33,601 bases of DNA from a bacterium (GTDB lineage: Bacteria > Patescibacteriota > Patescibacteriia > Patescibacteriales > Patescibacteriaceae), in contig JAKAFD010000001.1 of the NCBI GenBank assembly GCA_021818075.1, forward strand, positions 1 to 33,601, given 5' to 3'. The position numbers and the translations under genes are program-made. Shown here piece by piece: positions 33,532 to 33,601 of this stretch (positions are counted from its first letter, which is position 1; each line of letters begins with the position of its first letter). The notes below the pieces were generated by a model. The model was not told the origin of the DNA. It did no database searches and saw only the letters and a program-made list of their open reading frames with translations.

Positions 33532-33601
33532 ATAAAGAGGTTTTTACCTGCTTATCACCCGCTCCTAGGGTTTTGTCCAGTTCGGCAAAACTCTGAAGAG
33601 A

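Noticed and set aside
1..33601. Alternative genetic code (UGA=Gly, as in Gracilibacteria/Absconditabacteria)
   Set aside because: Core genes are full length under code 11, and TGA serves as a plausible stop (e.g. 16773, 23455)
33532..33601. Possible 3' end of a minus-strand gene at the window edge
   Set aside because: Too short to assign a frame or product

Overview
Bacterial chromosomal window with hallmarks of a Patescibacteria (CPR, probably Parcubacteria) genome; the taxonomy is inference from SD-less AT-rich leaders, RpoA without the alpha-CTD, short L13, a LysS-HD fusion and CPR-type small proteins. The core backbone is on the minus strand: infA-rpmJ-rpsM-rpsK-rpsD-rpoA-rplQ-rplM-rpsI, a UvrD helicase with an internal DEDDh exonuclease, a flippase/GT4/GT2/O-antigen-ligase glycan locus, greA, lysS, serS and ftsQ. 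Five accessory layers are interleaved. (1) Self-contained mini gene cassettes (sigma70 promoter, boxA-like TGWWCMTTTWAAA motif, SD, small orphan ORF, terminator), both as a tandem repeat array at 830-2090 and dispersed. (2) A tRNA-Arg-like gene with 59 extra nt in the anticodon arm and two alternative Arg anticodon loops. (3) About 9 kb of accessory genes (HTH/Fic module, GNAT, Cys-rich surface protein, two RxxxxH HEPN-like proteins) splitting the glycan locus. (4) A GAGAT...ATGACA palindromic repeat family concentrated around a stand-alone GIY-YIG nuclease. (5) A second palindrome family with one copy translated in-frame inside the O-antigen ligase. No CRISPR array, rRNA, integrase or transposase was seen.
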